The notes beneath the pieces were generated by a model. It was not told the origin of the DNA and ran no database searches. It worked only from the letters and a program-made list of their open reading frames with translations. The position numbers were made by a program, and so were the translations under genes. A DNA stretch of 63,744 nucleotides, filler included, from Octopus bimaculoides (taxonomy: Eukaryota): assembly GCF_001194135.2 (NCBI RefSeq). It is 6 parts of 6 records of this genome, joined end to end, with 100 filler letters (N's around TTAATTAATTAA, not from the genome) between each part and the next. Parts side by side here need not be neighbours in the genome. Positions count along the whole stretch, not along the records: positions 46,451 to 60,479 come from NC_068986.1; positions 60,580 to 61,863 come from NW_026409236.1; positions 61,964 to 63,744 come from NW_026417388.1; 3 more parts are not named here. One strand, given 5' to 3'. Positions 59,046-63,744 of this stretch are shown here, piece after piece. Numbering within the stretch: the first letter of the stretch is position 1; the number at the start of each line of letters is the position of its first letter.

Positions 59046-59904
59046 GAAAAAGAAAAAAGAAATGTATAAAATCAAGGAGCCCATGAGAATGGGACTTCAA
59101 ATTGTATTACTGCTGGGTCTGGAGAGCCCATTATTGGCTCTCTGGGCCCCGGACCGATATGCCATTTGAAAATGAAATATCTGACGACGTCCGGCCCTCC
59201 CACAAAATAAATGAATAAATAATGAATAAATAAATAAATAAATAATGCTCGATCTCCTCATAGCCCTTGGAATTTTGAGAGAAATCCCCACCACAGCATC
59301 GGAACCTCGGAAAAAGTCTTGTCTCTGTTCCCTTACAAAGTTCCCATGGGTGGACCGGACTAAGTATATGCTTTTAACTTAGTCAATTTGTATTTGTAGT
59401 TATGGCTAATACTTCAAATAGAGGCAGCAAATAACTTGTAAGCGCTTGTTTATAACCTTCGAGTATGGCATGTGTAATATGTCATTGTACGGTTTAGTTT
59501 TAATCTTTATAAATTAATATCTACGATATCTTTTCTTGAGTCTCCTCTGTTTTGATATAATAATATAATGCATTTTATGCTTTAAAGATTGTTGTTTTGT
59601 TTTATTTGTTTAAATAGGCTTTCTATACAATCCAAAGTCAACAAAGATGAAATATCTGACTAATATACGAGATAATAACGATCAGTAATGAAAATGATAA
59701 GTATGGGGAGGTCGGCGGGGAGATGACGGTATCCTACCATGCAACTCATACAGGGGTGGTAGTGGTAGAGGTGGAAGGCTCATTACAGCTAAACCCGCCA
59801 CTTCCCAATCTCAATCTCACGGACCCAATGATCATTCATTCTACACTTGGTATTAGGACTGAATTGTTTTTTTTTTGTTTTTTTTTTGGTGGAGGGAAGG
59901 GCTA

Positions 59905-60055
59905 TAGACGATTACAACGACCTCCATCACTCAACTGGCTTTATTACCGACCCCGAAAGGACAAAAGGCAAAGTAAGCCTCGGTGGCATTTGAACTTGGA
60001 ACTTAAAGTCGGAAGAAATGCGGCTAAGCATTATGTTTGGCGTGCTAATGTTTCT
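59905..60055 (-). mobile_element. SINE family B (older host copy; head continues at 60291-60302)
   Basis: CGACCCCGAAAGGACAAAAGGCAAAG...GGCATTTGAAC. Confidence 0.82.
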
Positions 60056-60275
60056 TGTTTCTTGTTTCTTTATTGCCCACAAGAGGCTAAACATATAGGA
60101 GACAATCAAGGGATTAAGTCGATTACATCGACCCCAGTGCGTAACTGGTACCTTATTTATCGACCTCGAAAGGATGAAAGGCAAAGTCGACCTCGGCGGA
60201 ATTTGAACTCAGAACGTAACGGCAGACGAACTACCGCTAAGCATTTCGCCCGGCGCGCTAACATTTCTGCCAGCT
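60056..60275 (-). mobile_element. SINE family B long-tail subtype inserted in the host head, 15-bp TSD
   Basis: TSD CGTGCTAATGTTTCT at 60041-60055 and 60276-60290. Confidence 0.93.
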
Positions 60276-60614
60276 CGTGCTAATGTTTCTGTCAGCTTGG
60301 CCCCTTCGACGGACCCAGAGATCATGATGCTTTTATATGACCAACTGATTTGCCAGAAGTAGCAGCTAAACGTCCCTCCAATCACGCGCTACCGTCTTAA
60401 AATGTGAATGTGGCATGAATCCAAAATAAGGTAGTCTTTTAAACATTATACCTGAAATAAGTACGAGAGGATCACGGGTNNNNNNNNNNNNNNNNNNNNN
60501 NNNNNNNNNNNNNNNNNNNNNNNTTAATTAATTAANNNNNNNNNNNNNNNNNNNNNNNNNNNNNNNNNNNNNNNNNNNNAACTATCACATTCAATTTAGC
60601 AAAAGATTGCATCA

Positions 60615-61863
60615 GTACAGAAACAGACTGGTTACCACAGCATTGAAAAAGAAGATAGCGGAAGAGAAAGAGAGATGCACCATCAGAGGGGAGAGATCAA
60701 GACCCTCAATAAGCAGTATAACAGAGCTCCTGCTGACGTAAGGGAAGGCATCAGGGACTTGACAAGTCAGCTCCACGAATGTCTGAGCAGACTTAGAACA
60801 AAAAGCACCCAGAAGCGGAAGAAAGAGAAGGAGACCAAACAGGCACAATTTGGGGAAACCAAATCAGAGAAATTGACCAGCTCCAGAAAAGAAATAGAAG
60901 AATTTCTGAGGGAGACCCACAATGGTAACCTCAGAAATCAAGCCCTTGACATTAACCTAAATGTCTGTAGAGCTGAAATTCTAGGAAACAAGTTCAACCT
61001 CAACAGTTCATCCTGGAAAGAGGTGGAAGAGGCAATGGAAAAGGCCAGATCAGGATTAACTCCTGACCCAAGTGGTATACCTTATAAGGTGTACAAGAAA
61101 TGCCCATGGCTCCTTCAGGGTATCATTCTACCATGCTGAAAGAAGGCACAAGGATGTTTTGTGCCAAAGGAAGAAAATTCCTCAGCCATTAACCAATTCA
61201 AGACCATCTCCTTCCCAAGTGTTGAGGGGAAAATCTTTTTTCTGTCTTGGCCAAAAGGAAGACCTCATACATGACTGAGAATGGATATATAAACACCTCT
61301 TTCCAGAAAGGTGGGGTTCTATGTTTCTTAAGATATTTGGAACACACTGGGGTTCCCAGCCAGTTGATTTGGGAGGCCAAGACAAGTAAAGGTGACTCGA
61401 TAGTGGTTCAACAGTAGTTTGGTTAGATCTGGAAAATGCAAATGGAGAAATTCCTCATGCCCTCATATATGCAGCATTTGACTACTACCATATTCCCCCA
61501 TATATTAAAGGAATAATCACCAGTTACTTTGGGGGCATCCAGTTACACTTCAGAACAGCTCACTTTACAACTCGGTGACAAGACCTTGAGAAAGAAATTA
61601 TAACTGGTTACACATCTTCCCCCATTCTTTTTAGCATGGGAATGAATCACCTCATAGCAGCTACTGATAATGAAGTCCAAGGATCAACAGTGGAATCAGA
61701 CAGCCATCAGTTCCCATGGATGATGTCACAGCAGCTACAACCTATGTAGAGGCAGAAAGAGTACTGACTTCACTTGAACACATGACAACATGGGCTAGAA
61801 TGAAGTTTAAGACCCCAAAACCTAGGAGTATGGTGATCAGAAGGGGCAAAGTAACAAACAAAA
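60615..61863 (+). pseudogene. HERO-like (R2-group) non-LTR retrotransposon RT relic
   Basis: KARSGLTPDPSGIPYKVYKKCP; EGCFVPKEENSSAINQFKTIS..SVEGKIFF; QKGG; LEHT; VWLDLENA.GEIPH; TG.T.SPILF; MDDVT; WARMKFK.PK.RS. Multiple frameshifts; flanked by gaps. Confidence 0.85.
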
Positions 61864-62322
61864 NNNNNNNNNNNNNNNNNNNNNNNNNNNNNNNNNNNNN
61901 NNNNNNNTTAATTAATTAANNNNNNNNNNNNNNNNNNNNNNNNNNNNNNNNNNNNNNNNNNNNTATATATATACATACATATATGTATTATATACATACA
62001 TATACATGTTTGTTTGTGCGTGCGTGCATGTCTTTGTGTGAGTATATGTGTGTGTGTAAATTTATATTTGTGAGCGGTATAAATTTAAACAGCCGATGGT
62101 TATTTTATTTGATCTCATCACTAATAATAATTAAAATTATTATTAAAACTATATACATTTTCCACTTTCTTTTTATTTATTTTATTTTATTTTATCATCA
62201 TTTTTATTTATTCCTTTTTCTTATTTTTATTTGCTTTTTGCATGTTCTCTCTATGGATTATCTTTCTTTTAATTTAAATTTATACAAAAATTAATGACAA
62301 ATTTATTCATCTGTTCTTTTAG

Positions 62323-62394
62323 GAGAAGTTGCGAGTTTAGCTGCCGGATTTTCTACATGCTATTTGCCAATTCTGGCCACAACTCAAGTTGGAG
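62323..62394 (+). other. Candidate 72-nt phase 1-1 exon (unassigned)
   Basis: CTGTTCTTTTAG|GA GAA GTT...GGA G|GTATTC; open frame (G)EVASLAAGFSTCYLPILATTQVG. No homology recognised. Confidence 0.2.
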
Positions 62395-63523
62395 GTATTC
62401 TCCGAATGTACTTTCTTTACCTGCCCCAACTCACTCTTTTCAATTTTTAACATTTTTTATATATGCATATCAATATATATANNNNNNNNNNNNNNNNNNN
62501 NNNNNNNNNNNNNNNNNNNNNNNNNNNNNNNNNNNNNNNNNNNNNNNNNNNNNNNNNNNNNNNNNNNNNNNNNNNNNNNNNNNNNNNNNNNNNNNNNNNN
62601 NNNNNNNNNNNNNNNNNNNNNNNNNNNNNNNNNNNNNNNNNNNNNNNNNNNNNNNNNNNNNNNNNNNNNNNNNNNNNNNNNNNNNNNNNNNNNNNNNNNN
62701 NNNNNNNNNNNNNNNNNNNNNNNNNNNNNNNNNNNNNNNNNNNNNNNNNNNNNNNNNNNNNNNNNNNNNNNNNNNNNNNNNNNNNNNNNNNNNNNNNNNN
62801 NNNNNNNNNNNNNNNNNNNNNNNNNNNNNNNNNNNNNNNNNNNNNNNNNNNNNNNNNNNNNNNNNNNNNNNNNNNNNNNNNNNNNNNNNNNNNNNNNNNN
62901 NNNNNNNNNNNNNNNNNNNNNNNNNNNNNNNNNNNNNNNNNNNNNNNNNNNNNNNNNNNNNNNNNNNNNNNNNNNNTATATATATATTTTCATTTTTCAC
63001 CTAACATGTTTAGTTCTTACCCTCTCTCCCCTCCACTATTTTCATTTTTATACGCCTTCTTGTCTGTCGTACTTTTAGTCTTATTTTATTTTCCATATAG
63101 TTGAGGCTAACATCATATTAGGTACCGTTATTTAATATACGTTCAAAATTTGTTGGGAATATTGCAGAAAACTAATCTTAAACTCTGCCTCTTCAATTCT
63201 CTTCATTGTTCTGATATATATGTATATACATATATATATATATATATATCATGTATTAGAAATATGACTGTGGTCAAAATTTGTATAGGTTTTAGGTTGT
63301 CTCATATTTTTGTATGAGCTCCTTGCAGTTGGTTTGGACCAATAAGATTTCTTACTTTCAGACGTTGATGAACTCAATTTTAGGATAATATTCAGAGCAT
63401 ATAAACAGAAAGGAAAAAAAAAACACTATTTTAAACAGATAATTAACAACCATACAATGATTGAAACCCCTTTCTTGATAAAAATCCGATATAACTTAAC
63501 CATTGTATGGTACCAGTACTTAC

Positions 63524-63608
63524 CGACGCCAAACACGACATAATGAATATGTGAGAAAACGTTTACGAAAGATAAAAATGGATTTTGGATCTTATGGTTT
63601 CAAAGTAA
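63524..63608 (-). other. Candidate 85-nt spliced exon
   Basis: Strong acceptor TTTTCCTATGTATTCCATGCAG and consensus donor TCG|GTAAGT; no frame is open across the whole exon, but ATG TCG TGT TTG GCG TCG (MSCLAS, A at -3) occupies its last 18 nt. Confidence 0.4.
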
Positions 63609-63744
63609 CTGCATGGAATACATAGGAAAATATCAGCAAGTATCAATTCAAAATGATACAGTTACATCATAGGTGTGTATTTTATACACCCCTTAATTAA
63701 AAACTTTTTCCTCCAAACAAACACACACATACAAACATACACAT

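Noticed and set aside
29284-63104. Long ORFs of 150-500 aa in the track
   Set aside because: They run through N gaps or microsatellites (IYIY, poly-D/H/N/L/E); not evidence of genes.

Overview
AT-rich eukaryotic scaffold with roughly 10% N and dense microsatellites. The SINE and LINE repertoire looks like a coleoid cephalopod, probably Octopus (inferred from recalled repeat families; no search was run). No intact host gene, rRNA, true tRNA or CRISPR array is supportable, and most long ORFs in the track are N-spanning or microsatellite artefacts. The window is a nested transposon graveyard. SINEs: at least four tRNA-headed or RTE-tailed families, labelled A-D here. LINE relics: RTE, CR1/Jockey-type, HERO-like (R2 group) and a putative Tx1-like ORF1. 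Other retroelements: a Ty3/Gypsy gag fragment and Penelope-like GIY-YIG fragments. DNA elements: two mariner relics, a Tigger/pogo relic, two hAT transposase relics, an internally deleted Merlin (IS1016/ISXO2-like) element, two GG...CC MITEs with 8-bp TSDs and tandem Helentron-type elements. Best leads: (1) minimal type-I hammerhead ribozyme motifs tied to Penelope-like sequence, including one with an intact core ~180 nt after the endonuclease stop (21689-21757, minus) and a 163-bp palindrome carrying two back-to-back hammerhead-like motifs; (2) a SINE subfamily that three times inserted into the 5' head of other SINEs and shares its 3' tail with a LINE end in the window; (3) a Tigger relic with DNA-level resemblance to mammalian Tigger4/MER46; (4) a MITE with a central (CCCTAA)n(TTAGGG)n palindrome; (5) a candidate spliced exon near the right end.
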